Positions 9,208 to 19,622 of a stretch of 64,000 nt of DNA are shown piece by piece. Positions within the stretch are counted from its first letter, which is position 1; the number at the start of each line of letters is the position of its first letter. The translations under genes and the position numbers were made by a program. Source of the stretch: an uncultured Chlamydiae bacterium (GTDB taxonomy: Bacteria; Chlamydiota; Chlamydiia; Chlamydiales; Parachlamydiaceae); contig CAWHMU010000036.1 in assembly GCA_963830365.1 (NCBI GenBank), positions 96,721 through 160,720 of the forward strand. The letters are read 5' to 3'. A model generated the notes under the pieces. The model ran no database searches, had not been told where the DNA came from, and saw only the letters and a program-made list of their open reading frames with translations.

Positions 9208-10534
9208 GGCTCATCGTGCAAATGAGTACCTAACTTTGTGTAAACTATAGAGACGTAATTTAAAATACTCCATATCTCGAAATCCGTAAGCTTGGCGCTT
9301 CATTGTTTTAATCTTGTTATTGATCCCCTCAGTCTTTGCATTGGTGATGGGATGTTTAAAATAGTTTACCAATCCTTGCCAATGCCTAAGCAGGGTTTTT
9401 CCTGCCTTCTCCAGCTCATGTATCCCTGACTCCATAGTATCCATTATCCACCAAGCAAGAAATCTAGCCCCCTCTTTCACCGTCTGTTTAGACCAAAATT
9501 GACGAATTTGCTCCTTCATTGCATGAGCCAAGGCTATCGGTTGATTTACTTCTAAAAGGCATTCCAAACTACTTTTTCTCTTAGAATCAAGTTTTTCATA
9601 GTTCCTTAAAAGTAAAAATCTCATTCCTTTAATGACTCTTAAGCCAACTTCATTGCATTTTGCCTGCTGATCTCTCCGGATTTCCTCGATTGCCGTATTC
9701 AATAATGCCACGACATGAAATCGATCAAATACTATGTCAACATCCGGTAAATGATTTTGTACAGCTGATGCATAGGCTGCATTCATGTCCATAGCCATCG
9801 CTTTGAGCTGTAAAGCCTTTTCCTTCAACTCTAAGAGGAATGGGATTACGCTTCCCATGCTTTTACCTTCTACGGCGTGAATGATTTCTCCTGTCTCAAG
9901 GTTGATGAAAATCGTCATGTATTCATGCCCTTTTCGAATACTAAACTCATCGATGCCCACGTATCGAAGGGATGTAAAATCGAAACTCTTATACTCCCTC
10001 TGAAGATATGCTTTATGTATACCCTTCACGAGACTCCAAGAAACCCCAAGGAATTTTGCCACATGTTCTATTGTTGCAAACCCCATAAGATTAATGACAA
10101 ACTTCTCAAAGGAAGTGGTATAACGCTTTCTGGGCTTGACAAAGGGAATCGGGGGCCACCAAACGTGTAGGCAATTGACGCATTGAAGACGATGTAGCCG
10201 CAGGTTGAGAAAAGCCATTTTGTTCCCTAGAGGGGCCATGCGAAGCCTACGTAACTTCAGTCCCTTCGATATGGATTCACTGTTCCCACAGCAAGGACAA
10301 AGTGTTTTTTTGGGTTGAAGAAGCGCCTCGAAAAGTATTTTGTCTTCATGATATTCACGATTCAGGACTTGAACATCTTCGATCTGATTGGTATGGTAAA
10401 GCAGTGAAGCAGGCATATTAAATCTCCTTTTTTGTCGAAGGATTTAATAAATTGTCTGCTTCTCTTTTTCAACTAGTTAAACTAGCCCCATTTCTTCGTT
10501 CTCCTCGGCTAGGTACTCATTTGCGCGATGAGCC
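9208..10534 (-). mobile_element. ISL3-family insertion sequence
   Basis: 25-bp IRs GGCTCATCGYGCAAATGAGTACCTA (24/25 identical); 8-bp target duplication TTATTTAT at 9200-9207 and 10535-10542. Confidence 0.95.
9211..10416 (-). CDS. ISL3 family transposase
   Basis: CPCCG...CVNC zinc finger, GIDEFS, AMDMN, FDRFHVV, TNAKTEGINNKIK..KR.AYGFR. Confidence 0.95.
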   Translation of the reverse strand: MPASLLYHTNQIEDVQVLNREYHEDKILFEALLQPKKTLCPCCGNSESISKGLKLRRLRMAPLGNKMAFLNLRLHRLQCVNCLHVWWPPIPFVKPRKRYTTSFEKFVINLMGFATIEHVAKFLGVSWSLVKGIHKAYLQREYKSFDFTSLRYVGIDEFSIRKGHEYMTIFINLETGEIIHAVEGKSMGSVIPFLLELKEKALQLKAMAMDMNAAYASAVQNHLPDVDIVFDRFHVVALLNTAIEEIRRDQQAKCNEVGLRVIKGMRFLLLRNYEKLDSKRKSSLECLLEVNQPIALAHAMKEQIRQFWSKQTVKEGARFLAWWIMDTMESGIHELEKAGKTLLRHWQGLVNYFKHPITNAKTEGINNKIKTMKRQAYGFRDMEYFKLRLYSLHKVRYSFAR

Positions 10535-10811
10535 TTATTTATCATACTGAAACACAAAAAATGGGATTCATGCGTTGTGTAGCATATGCTAATCTCTCGA
10601 TCCGCTATTATCCGATTGCTATGGGCACTAAAGTGGTCCCCTTTGTCTAGACAAAAAATGGGAAAAGTTAAGCTAATAACCTCAAGTTTTTGTTGTTCTT
10701 GCAGCTAAAGGGGGAGTTTGAGGGGGCTTGCCCCCTCAAGTTCCTTTAAAAATCAAGGTAATCCAAGTCCAACGAAGGCGGAAGGGGGGTAAGGGGGCTT
10801 GCCCCCTTTTC

Positions 10812-11654
10812 CTAAAGGCTCTGCCTAGAAAAATACACCTCCGCAGGCGTTTTATAACCCAGTCCTTGGTGTGGCCTGCTCTCGTTGTAAAACTTAAAAT
10901 AACTCTTAAGTCCATTACGGACATCTTTTAAGCTTTCATACCCTTTTGGATAAATCTCTTCATACTTCACGCTTCTCCAGAGCCTTTCAATAAACACATT
11001 ATCAAGGGCTCTGCCTTTTCCATCCATACTGATTCTGACTCCGCCTGCTTCTAATCTCTCTACAAACCGACAGCAGGTGAATTGAACTCCTTGGTCTGTG
11101 TTGAATATCTCAGGACTAGCTCGAGAAAGCCCTCTTTCTAATGCATTAATGCAAAATTCCGCATCCAGCAGATTCGAAAGTTCCCATTCGATCACATACC
11201 TGCTAAACCAATCGATGATCGCAAAAAGGTATCCAAATCCTTTCAACAAAGGAACGTAGGTGATATCTGCAGCCCATGCCAAGTCGGGTTTATCTACTAC
11301 AATCCCTCTTAGTAGGTAAGGAAACTTTTTATGCTCCTTATTTGCCGCACTCAGATTGGGCTTGGGATAGATTGCTTCTAAACCCATTGTCTGCATCGCC
11401 GTTCGAATCCTTTTTCCTCCTACAAAAAAACCTTGAGCTCTCATTGCTATCGTCATCCGTCTTCTTCCATAGAAGGGAGTTTGAAGATATTGTTCATCAA
11501 TAGCCCGCATGAGTGCCAAATCTTCCTCGTTGGGCTGTTTGGCCTTATAATACAACCCAGATCGTGACATTCCAAGCAAATGACACTGACTTGATAGCGA
11601 CAACTTCTTATGATCTGGCTCTATTAGAAGTCGTCGAGAATTTAAGTCAAACAT
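10812..11654 (-). CDS. IS3 transposase OrfB
   Basis: Same DDE motifs as 6701..7543. Confidence 0.93.
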   Translation of the reverse strand: MFDLNSRRLLIEPDHKKLSLSSQCHLLGMSRSGLYYKAKQPNEEDLALMRAIDEQYLQTPFYGRRRMTIAMRAQGFFVGGKRIRTAMQTMGLEAIYPKPNLSAANKEHKKFPYLLRGIVVDKPDLAWAADITYVPLLKGFGYLFAIIDWFSRYVIEWELSNLLDAEFCINALERGLSRASPEIFNTDQGVQFTCCRFVERLEAGGVRISMDGKGRALDNVFIERLWRSVKYEEIYPKGYESLKDVRNGLKSYFKFYNESRPHQGLGYKTPAEVYFSRQSL

Positions 11655-11941
11655 CCTAACTTTTTTTTAAGCCACTCCACCTCCATTTTAAGACGTCCGA
11701 TTTGCTCGAAAAGTTCTGCCTTTTCTTTAACTTCCTGTGCTGTCCCAGTCATCTTGCTCGGTTTTTCAAATACAGTTGTGGCAGTTGATAAAAAGTGTTT
11801 TTTCCACTCCGACAACACGATAGGATGCACTCCCAGTTCACCGGATAATTGACTTGCAGTCTTTTCTCCCTTCAAAATCTCAAGCACGGCTTTGACTTTA
11901 AATTCTGGGGGATATTTTTTTCTTGTTCGGCTCATTTTCAC
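11642..11941 (-). CDS. IS3 transposase OrfA
   Basis: Protein identical to 6414..6713. Confidence 0.9.
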   Translation of the reverse strand: MKMSRTRKKYPPEFKVKAVLEILKGEKTASQLSGELGVHPIVLSEWKKHFLSTATTVFEKPSKMTGTAQEVKEKAELFEQIGRLKMEVEWLKKKLGCLT

Positions 11942-12174
11942 CTCTTTTCTTAAAGAGGGTATTAGCTTAGACCATTGTCCAAATTTCCGGGACCATTATA
12001 CACTTTGCTGAATTTTCTGATCTAAATTCAATGAATTTGCTATCGGGATAGGCCTGACATTCGCCATTGACAAGTCGATGCAGGGGAAAGCGGCGACAAG
12101 TCGCGCGCAGTGTTGGAGTAGAGAGGGTCTGCGACCCTTTGGCGGGGGATGATTAAGGGGGCTGGTGCCCCCTT

Positions 12175-12223
12175 GATTGCCTAAAACAGGAATCGAACCT
12201 GCGACCTGCGCGTTACGAATGCG
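12175..12223 (-). repeat. att site: duplicated 3' part of tRNA-Thr(CGT)
   Basis: 49-bp direct repeat of 26787..26835 with one mismatch. Confidence 0.95.
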
Positions 12224-12506
12224 GGGGAAGTCACGACAATCCAATATTAACCAGCCGCTTTGAGCATCATGATAGAGGGATTTTGCTTAAAATGCTATTG
12301 GATTTTATCGGATGTCGACGGTTGAATAGGTAAGCCGTTGCACCGCGATTGCACCGCCAAACACAGATCAAAAGTTGGTGAGTGTTTATTACAGTTACAT
12401 AAAAAAACAGCCTTTGTCCACCTTGGAAAAACATTTCAAACGAGGCCAATTTGAACCTTACCGTTACATCGCGTTACATAAATCAGGCCCAAAGGTAGAA
12501 TGCTGT

Positions 12507-13214
12507 TTAATTAAATAAATCGCCATTTAAGGAATTGCTGGAATCAACCTTGTTTTGCCAATCTTTTTGGTTAATCCATGTACCTGCAAATTTAAGGTAG
12601 TCAAAATACGTTAATTCATTTTCTTTCAAGTCGCATGATTCGCACATTGCTGGCAAAGCAGCTTTAAATGAATTATAACGTTCTAAGATAGCAGTCTCGC
12701 CTGGTATTGTTTCCTTGGAGTAATGGTTAAGCCATTTTCTAATAACTCCAATCAATTTTTTTTTGTTATTCCGATGAAAAGATATATCTTGGCCGGCTAT
12801 ATCAGATAACATTTTCTGATAGCGATATTCTTGTTTATCTAAAATTAAACAATTTTTGTTGTTTTGCTGACTGTCACCGAATGCTTTTGCTCCAAGAAAG
12901 AGACCCAATTCAAGAGGCATATTAAATCGCGGTAAACCTGAATTTTTGCTTAATTCGATTCGAGATAGATCATGAATCCCAAAGCGACACTCACGGATTA
13001 TTTGGGTGATTTTTTCAATTCGCACTTGCCCACTGTCATGGACCTCTTTCGAACAGCGAGGGGCAAAGCCACAATCGATTATTGAAAAAACCATTACATT
13101 AAATAATGGTAAATATTTCTTATCGAAAGGGCAATTGATGAAGACCTGATTATCATAGGTCGTCTCTCCAAATATGGTGGGAAATTTAGCTGCGCCATTT
13201 CCGTTTATTATCAT
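12507..13214 (-). CDS. TIR/nucleoside-deoxyribosyltransferase-like hypothetical protein (candidate defence effector)
   Basis: VFINCPFD...RIEKITQII..CRFGIHDLS...FNMPLELG follows the NDT/TIR-like alpha/beta pattern with a conserved Glu. Confidence 0.65.
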   Translation of the reverse strand: MIINGNGAAKFPTIFGETTYDNQVFINCPFDKKYLPLFNVMVFSIIDCGFAPRCSKEVHDSGQVRIEKITQIIRECRFGIHDLSRIELSKNSGLPRFNMPLELGLFLGAKAFGDSQQNNKNCLILDKQEYRYQKMLSDIAGQDISFHRNNKKKLIGVIRKWLNHYSKETIPGETAILERYNSFKAALPAMCESCDLKENELTYFDYLKFAGTWINQKDWQNKVDSSNSLNGDLFN

Positions 13215-13348
13215 TTCTTTTTAGGGTCTGATTTTTTTGCCACAGCGTTTTTGACTGCTTTTTTGACATCATCTAATCTTAAATTACCTTTGTGGGCTAT
13301 TGCCTTAGGGATTTTTACAGTCCTTGTTTCTTTTTTCTTTTCGCTCAT
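13211..13348 (-). CDS. Small Lys-rich protein (45 aa), not in the ORF track
   Basis: MSEKKKETRTVKIPKAIAHKGNLRLDDVKKAVKNAVAKKSDPKKK*; RBS TAAGGA upstream; its TGA overlaps the next ATG (ATGA). Confidence 0.65.
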   Translation of the reverse strand: MSEKKKETRTVKIPKAIAHKGNLRLDDVKKAVKNAVAKKSDPKKK

Positions 13349-13596
13349 ACTTATTCCTTATGTGGATCTATATTTTTTTCAAAAGCCGATTGTTTAATTC
13401 GGTCATAGAATCATTCGACGCAATTGTTCTAAAATTGCTCGCGGTCAATTATTTGGTCAATTATTTCTATAATTGCTTCCTTATTGCTCACGATCGCAAT
13501 TGATGTATGAGGCGCCCCTTTGCCACGGCAAATATACTGAGCATTAGCTCCATGACCTTTGATTTGGTCGCGGTAGGGGCATCTATAAGGCCAAAA

Positions 13597-14028
13597 TTAT
13601 GTTGATGAGATTTCTTGCTGGGCTAATGAAAATAGACAGCCACGCAATCTTGCCTTATCGGAAAGTTTACTGCTGATTGATACAACTCTACCTTTTGAAG
13701 GGATTTCAGAGAAATCGATCAAACAATGAGATGGATCATTTACAGGAGTATTTAAAGGATCTTGTTGAATATGTAGGTCACCGATTTCCCTGATTTCTCC
13801 AACAGAAACACCCCATACACCAGAAGATGAAAGCTTTCTTTCTTCAGTATAAAGCCTATAAGCATCTTCAGGAGAGGTTTTAGAATCGCGATTGACTGAA
13901 AGTTTGTTTTGATCTTTAAGAGTGGGCCTAAAAGCCTGGCTTGTGATTCTCCCTTCCTGAATCCATGCTGGGTGAACTTGACGTAGGAGGATTTCGTCTT
14001 CATCATCAAAAGTAGATTGAGTTGTCAT
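13597..14028 (-). CDS. Hypothetical protein, possible ADP-ribosyltransferase-like fold
   Basis: LLRQVHP...AFRP..KD..KLSV...GVWGVSV.E...DP...SHCLI; R / S / H spacing recalls ART-like proteins (inference). Confidence 0.55.
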   Translation of the reverse strand: MTTQSTFDDEDEILLRQVHPAWIQEGRITSQAFRPTLKDQNKLSVNRDSKTSPEDAYRLYTEERKLSSSGVWGVSVGEIREIGDLHIQQDPLNTPVNDPSHCLIDFSEIPSKGRVVSISSKLSDKARLRGCLFSLAQQEISST

Positions 14029-15197
14029 CTTAAACGGGTCTCGAGTAAATCTTTTAGAAAATGTGATCCTTGTTCTGGAGCTAGAGGGTCATCTAATCGT
14101 AATTTTTCCTCTCTTATTTCTTCTCTTTTTGTATGAGTTGCTTGTAAAATAATAGTTTTTGTTGTGAATTCAAATAAGCAATTGACTTCCCAAAATCCGA
14201 ATGACCACTCGGCTATAACGCTGTTTTCAGGAGAGGGATAAACAAATGGTGCTGGAATATCTGCAATTTTGAGCAGTTTTTCAATCCACTCCTTAGTATC
14301 ACATAAATCCTGACTGTCAAATGCCAACCCCTCACCATCCAACCAGCCATTTTGATATTTCGTAAACTCATCTATACGTTTATTAGGGTTAGGAAAATAG
14401 TTTGGTTCACCGTTTCTAAAAATGGCAATGTGTTGGAGGCGTTCGATTTGAGCTATTGAACCATCGGGTTGATATTTTGCGAGTCCAATTAGAGTAACAG
14501 ATATTTCTTCTTTTTTATATTTTGACGCTAAATCTCTTAGAACAGTATCAAAAGTATCGCTTAGTGGGCCGATAATACGCTCTCCATCTCCTACCACAAG
14601 ATTAAAGACACCGCTTTCCACCTCGAATCCAGATATTGCACCACTCAAATAGCAAATATCTTGATATGATTTCTTATTTATGGATAGGACCTGGGATCGA
14701 ATATCTCTTGAATATATTGGTGCATTATTTTTTCCAGGGATTTTCAGAGTAATTGTTTCATCTTGTTTTAAATGCTGGCCAAAACGACCGAACAAGGGAA
14801 TAACTTTTTCTGGAAAATCATTAATGCCCACAGAGTTTTGTTTCACTTCATTCTGAAGAAAAAGGAGTTGTTCATTGATAAGATCTCTCGCTTGATCAAA
14901 TTCATCATTTATCCAGCTTTCTTGATCATAGCTCCTTTCAAAAACAGGCACTGTACTACCAGACTTAATTTCTGCTACTCCAACATTGAATCTAGATTCA
15001 AATTTTTTCGGGATTCGCACTTTATTTGGATTGTTTTTGAGATACAACTCTTTTGCAACTGCAACAACGATATCTAGATAAGCAGTAAGATCAGGAAGAA
15101 TCGGATATGCTAAAAAAGGAGTTGGACCATCAAATCTTCCACCTTTCAAAATCTGTTCTAAAAATATTTGCTTTTTGGTTGTCATGGAGTAAAACAC
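14025..15197 (-). CDS. Hypothetical protein, coupled to the downstream ART-like gene
   Basis: 390-aa ORF; N-terminal GGRFDG...DL.AY...VAKELYL; C-terminal GWLDGEG...PFVYPSPENSVIAEW; ATGA overlap with the next gene. Confidence 0.75.
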   Translation of the reverse strand: MFYSMTTKKQIFLEQILKGGRFDGPTPFLAYPILPDLTAYLDIVVAVAKELYLKNNPNKVRIPKKFESRFNVGVAEIKSGSTVPVFERSYDQESWINDEFDQARDLINEQLLFLQNEVKQNSVGINDFPEKVIPLFGRFGQHLKQDETITLKIPGKNNAPIYSRDIRSQVLSINKKSYQDICYLSGAISGFEVESGVFNLVVGDGERIIGPLSDTFDTVLRDLASKYKKEEISVTLIGLAKYQPDGSIAQIERLQHIAIFRNGEPNYFPNPNKRIDEFTKYQNGWLDGEGLAFDSQDLCDTKEWIEKLLKIADIPAPFVYPSPENSVIAEWSFGFWEVNCLFEFTTKTIILQATHTKREEIREEKLRLDDPLAPEQGSHFLKDLLETRLR

Positions 15198-15270
15198 GCC
15201 TCGTTCTGGGTCTGAACCAGAGTTTTTGTTTATGATAGCCCAATTAATTTAGCAAATCAACTCAATAAAT

Positions 15271-18200
15271 CTATTTAATAGCCTCAGCTTGTTTGAGAAC
15301 GGCATCAAGCGTAGTTTCAATAAAATCTTCGGGGTACTCGCGCTTTCGCAAAATTCGCCTGATGGCGACCTTCATGCGAGCACGGGCGTTGTCTTTCAAA
15401 CTCCAGTCGACAGTAATGTTTTGTTCTACAGTAACCAAGAGATCATGGGCGATTGATTTGAGCTTGTCTATAGTCACATATTGGGAGGCAGGACTAAGTT
15501 CGAGAGCTTCAAAGTATGCAAACTCTTCTTCAGTAAGACCTAGTTCAGCGGCACGTGTATGGCAGCCTCGCATTTGTTTGGCCATTTCGACGAAATATGA
15601 GATTGTTTTGGCTGCGTCTATTTGTCTGTCACGGTACTTTTTAATAGCATTTTCCAAAAGCTCTGTGAATTTGCGTGCTTGTGCTACATTCTTTTTAGAA
15701 CGTTGTTTAATCTCATCGTTTAGGAGCCGTTTGATCAATTCCAGAGCCAGATTTTTCCTGTCCATCTCTTGAACTTCGGCTAGGAATTCGTCGGAAAAAA
15801 TAGAAATATCAGGTGATTTGAGACCGGCTAAAGCATAAATGTCGATTACTTCTTGAGATGTGATAGCCTTTGAGACCAGTTGTTGAATGGCTGTATCGAC
15901 CGCTTCATCTTTGATTACTTTAAGAATAGTCTTTTCTTTGACAAACTGCGCCTTAACGGTTTGGAAAAAGCACACGTCGTCAGAAATTTCCCTGGCTTCA
16001 TCTGTGGCAGCTGCTAATGCAAATGCTTTTGATAGCTCTGAAACTAGCTTGATAAACCTATTTTTGCCCTCTTCAGTCTTGAGGATATAATCCGTCGCCA
16101 TTGCAATGGCGGAAAGTCTGTTTTTTGAAATTTTGGACAAATAACCTGAATAGTCTAAACCCTGGAACATTTCGCGGATGAGCTCGAGTTTTTCCAGTGT
16201 GAGAGAGACTGCATCTGCAATCGGAATCCCTGTTTCCCCCTTATCTGAAGGAGAGTATTCAGCAAGAGCCTTTTTTAGATCCTCTGCAATGCCTAAGTAA
16301 TCAACAACTAGCCCACCTGGTTTATCGCCAAATACTCGATTAACCCGAGCAATAGCCTGCATTAGATTATGTCCCTTCATAGGCTTATCGATATACATCG
16401 TATGAAGACAGGGGGCATCAAAACCTGTAAGCCACATGTCGCGAACAATTACCAGCTTTAAGGAATCTTCAGGGTTTTTTAGGCGTTTGGCGATCTCGTC
16501 TCGTTGAGATTTACTCCTGATATGGGACTGCCACGCCGTGGGATCAGAGGCAGAGCCGGTCATTATCACTTTTAGGATGCCTTCCATGTGATTGTCATTG
16601 TGCCAGCTCGGACGTAGCTTGATGATTTGGTTATAGAGATCGACGCATATACGGCGACTCATACATACAATCAACGCCTTTCCTTCAATGCGTCTCAAAC
16701 GTGCTTCGAAGTGTTCAACAATATCTCTCGCAATTTGAGCTAGTCTTTTTTCAGCGCCTACTAGTACTTCTACACGTGCCCATCGAGTCTTTAGCTTCTT
16801 CTTTTGAAGTTCTTCTTCGCCTTCAGTAACCTCTTCAAAGCTTTCATCTAATGCTGGGCGCTCTTGTTCGTTTAATTCAATTTTTGCTAATCGACTTTCG
16901 TAATAAATGGGAACTGTTGCCTTATCTTCGACGGCACGATGAATATCATAGATATCAATGTAGTCTCCAAAAATAGCTGGTGTATTTTTATCCTGCTGTT
17001 CAATAGGAGTGCCAGTAAAACCAATAAATGAAGCTTTTGGCAGCGCATTGCGCATGTTTTTAGCAAAACCATCAATGAAGTCATATTGAGTGCGATGAGC
17101 CTCGTCAGCAATCACCACGATGTTATTTCGATTGGAAAGGGTGGGGTAGGTATCACCTTTTTCTTCAGGAGAAAACTTCTGAATCGTTGTGAATATGACA
17201 CCGCCCGATTGACGATTTAAGAGTTGCTGTAGATGATTTCTAGACTCTGCTTGTAAAGGCGTTTGACGAAACAATGCCTCGCAACGGCAAAAAGTACCGT
17301 ACAGTTGATCATCTAGATCATTTCGATCGGTTAAAATGACAAGAGTAGGATTTTGCATGGAGGGGTTTGCGATCAACTTACCGGCATAAAACGCCATTGT
17401 CAGGCTTTTACCTGAGCCCTGTGTGTGCCAAACAACACCAGCTCGTCGATCTTTTTCTTTTGCCGCTAATGTGGACTGAATTGCCTTATTGACTGCAAAA
17501 TACTGGTGATATCCAGGAATCTTTTTCTCTATCAGAGTTTCTTCTTTATCACCACTTTCAAATACCACAAAATGACGGATTAAATCGAGTAAACGATCTT
17601 TAGGAAAAACCCCTTTGATAAGTGTTTCTAATTCTGGGGTGGCTCTTGAAGCTATATTTTCACCGTCAACCGATCGCCAGCTCATGAAGCGTTCAAATTT
17701 AGTGAAAAGTGCTCCCAATTTTGCCGAATGACCATCCGAAATAATAAGAAGTTCATTGGTTAAAAATAATGAAGGAATGTCTTTAAAATAGTTTTGGAAT
17801 TGTTGAAAAGCATCTTTGATGGTGACCGATTCTTCTGAAATAGTTTTGAACTCGAATACCGCTAGAGGTAAACCATTCAAAAAGACCACCAGATCTGGTC
17901 GTCGTTCTCTTTGCCCTTGAATGGTAAATTGATTGACGACCACCCAATCGTTTTGCTGGGGATTTTCATAATCGATCAATTTGATTTCTTCGTATGCAAT
18001 TCCACCTTCTGGATCTGTTTTTTCAATCGATATGCTATTAACTAGATGGCGATGCATTACTTTATTGGATGCCAGAAGATCGAGAGAGCCTTCTGATAAT
18101 AGACGCTTGATTGCTTCTTCAATAATAGGGGGAGAAGCCTTTGGATTAATGCGTTTTAGGGATTTTCGCAATCTTTGTTGGAGGATCACTTCGCTGTATG

Positions 18201-18312
18201 AATTTCGTTCAGCAAATGATTCATCCGGAGCAATATCGGGACCATAGAGGATAGGATAATCTAGTTCTCTAAACCAGTCGAGGGCTGCTTGTTCAACTGT
18301 TTCTTCGTTCAT
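15271..18312 (-). CDS. hsdR: Type I restriction endonuclease subunit R
   Basis: [19 protein letters not shown] nuclease motif, WHTQGSGKS Walker [29 protein letters not shown]. Confidence 0.97.
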   Translation of the reverse strand: MNEETVEQAALDWFRELDYPILYGPDIAPDESFAERNSYSEVILQQRLRKSLKRINPKASPPIIEEAIKRLLSEGSLDLLASNKVMHRHLVNSISIEKTDPEGGIAYEEIKLIDYENPQQNDWVVVNQFTIQGQRERRPDLVVFLNGLPLAVFEFKTISEESVTIKDAFQQFQNYFKDIPSLFLTNELLIISDGHSAKLGALFTKFERFMSWRSVDGENIASRATPELETLIKGVFPKDRLLDLIRHFVVFESGDKEETLIEKKIPGYHQYFAVNKAIQSTLAAKEKDRRAGVVWHTQGSGKSLTMAFYAGKLIANPSMQNPTLVILTDRNDLDDQLYGTFCRCEALFRQTPLQAESRNHLQQLLNRQSGGVIFTTIQKFSPEEKGDTYPTLSNRNNIVVIADEAHRTQYDFIDGFAKNMRNALPKASFIGFTGTPIEQQDKNTPAIFGDYIDIYDIHRAVEDKATVPIYYESRLAKIELNEQERPALDESFEEVTEGEEELQKKKLKTRWARVEVLVGAEKRLAQIARDIVEHFEARLRRIEGKALIVCMSRRICVDLYNQIIKLRPSWHNDNHMEGILKVIMTGSASDPTAWQSHIRSKSQRDEIAKRLKNPEDSLKLVIVRDMWLTGFDAPCLHTMYIDKPMKGHNLMQAIARVNRVFGDKPGGLVVDYLGIAEDLKKALAEYSPSDKGETGIPIADAVSLTLEKLELIREMFQGLDYSGYLSKISKNRLSAIAMATDYILKTEEGKNRFIKLVSELSKAFALAAATDEAREISDDVCFFQTVKAQFVKEKTILKVIKDEAVDTAIQQLVSKAITSQEVIDIYALAGLKSPDISIFSDEFLAEVQEMDRKNLALELIKRLLNDEIKQRSKKNVAQARKFTELLENAIKKYRDRQIDAAKTISYFVEMAKQMRGCHTRAAELGLTEEEFAYFEALELSPASQYVTIDKLKSIAHDLLVTVEQNITVDWSLKDNARARMKVAIRRILRKREYPEDFIETTLDAVLKQAEAIK

Positions 18313-18320
18313 CTACATCC

Positions 18321-19622
18321 TCATATTATTTTTGAAACCAGTTTATCTGCATCCTTGATCCTGATTTCGCCACTGATGAGTTTGGGGAGAAGATTATCCC
18401 GAATTTCAACGAGTTGTCTATTTTCAAGGATGTTCCCTGAAATTCGTTTAATTAATGAATTGACGGTTGAATGGAATAATGAATATACGGAAGAAGTTGG
18501 TGAGATAGTATCTAAATCTAATATGTCATTTTTCCTGACTCTTTGATGGCTTCCAGATGTACCAGTTACAGCCCCGATCATTTTAGTGCGACATGATTCG
18601 CTCTTAAGATTCCAATAAAGGAAACTACACATGTTGTTTTGTTTAGGTAAAAAAGCAACAAATTCTGTCGAGGAAATTGATCTACCAGGAAAATTGTCAA
18701 AGATCTGCCAAACTCTTGGTGTTATTGGATTCAACTTGGAAACAAGAATGGCTCCCGATGGCAAAATTAGTTTATTGCTTTTTATTGTGCTACCTAATGC
18801 TCTTGAAGGCATTTTACCTGAATCAAATGCAGGAATGCTATAAAGATTAAAGCTCTCATCTGGAAATTTACTTGGATTTATCGTGCTTTCTCCCATGTGT
18901 ACGATGTCACGAAGTTTTCCAACCTTCCATCCCTTAGGAATTCTACCCAATTCAGAATCCTCAAAACTGTCAGGGAAAAGGGTAGCTATCTCATCGCTCA
19001 TGCCATCAGGATTGCGCCCCTCTGATTTGGCTTTCACCGGATCGAAATCGATGAACCAGCTCTTGAAAATCGTTTGAGTAATCCCCTCAAGCGTTTCATT
19101 CATTTTGCGATTAATCTCGATCTTATTGTCAAATGTGCCAAGGATGTGAGCTATAGCTTTTTGCTCGCATAGAGGTGGTATTCGTAAAGTATATTGACCA
19201 AGAACTTGTGCATTTGCACCTGCTTGAGCAGAGCCTGTCTTTGAAGAGGCTACAAAATTCCACCAATCTGCCGAACGCATTTGATACCAAACAAAAAACG
19301 GATCGGCAATCTTTTGATTAATTCTGAATCGGATTAAGTATGACGCAAATACTGTTGGCTCTGAGCCCTTATAAATGTAATTTTCTCCAGTGCTATTTCC
19401 GGTTCTAGCCACCACAATATCACCATAACTGAGAAGATATTTATCCAACTTGTTTTGAGTGATTTCGCAATACGGAACGGATTGCCAATTAACCACACCA
19501 TTTTGTATATCCGTTATGCGTAAGAATTTCGGACCCACTGGATTAGCATTAGCACTTGCTGTGAAACCATATGATACATCACACGCTAGATCAGCTAAAC
19601 GGCGATATTGTTCAGTTGCCAT
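18321..19622 (-). CDS. hsdS: Type I R-M specificity subunit S
   Basis: Two TRDs separated by [10 protein letters not shown]...FKSWF; IPKGW; C-terminal [14 protein letters not shown]. Confidence 0.95.
   Translation of the reverse strand: MATEQYRRLADLACDVSYGFTASANANPVGPKFLRITDIQNGVVNWQSVPYCEITQNKLDKYLLSYGDIVVARTGNSTGENYIYKGSEPTVFASYLIRFRINQKIADPFFVWYQMRSADWWNFVASSKTGSAQAGANAQVLGQYTLRIPPLCEQKAIAHILGTFDNKIEINRKMNETLEGITQTIFKSWFIDFDPVKAKSEGRNPDGMSDEIATLFPDSFEDSELGRIPKGWKVGKLRDIVHMGESTINPSKFPDESFNLYSIPAFDSGKMPSRALGSTIKSNKLILPSGAILVSKLNPITPRVWQIFDNFPGRSISSTEFVAFLPKQNNMCSFLYWNLKSESCRTKMIGAVTGTSGSHQRVRKNDILDLDTISPTSSVYSLFHSTVNSLIKRISGNILENRQLVEIRDNLLPKLISGEIRIKDADKLVSKII

Larger units (their letters stand above)
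10629..12000 (-). mobile_element. IS3-family element, copy 2 (1372 bp, inverted, near-identical to copy 1)
   Basis: Same IRs; 3-bp target duplication CAC; OrfB differs by one K/E substitution. Confidence 0.93.

Noticed and set aside
6355..12000. Composite transposon bounded by the two IS3 copies
   Set aside because: Each copy has its own 3-bp duplication (GGG, CAC), indicating independent insertions.
12175..12223. Second functional tRNA-Thr
   Set aside because: Only the anticodon arm to the 3' end is present; the D-arm and 5' acceptor strand are missing, so it is an att site.
11996..12449. ORFs 11996..12244 and 12267..12449
   Set aside because: They span the att site, hairpins and arm sites and show no protein motifs.
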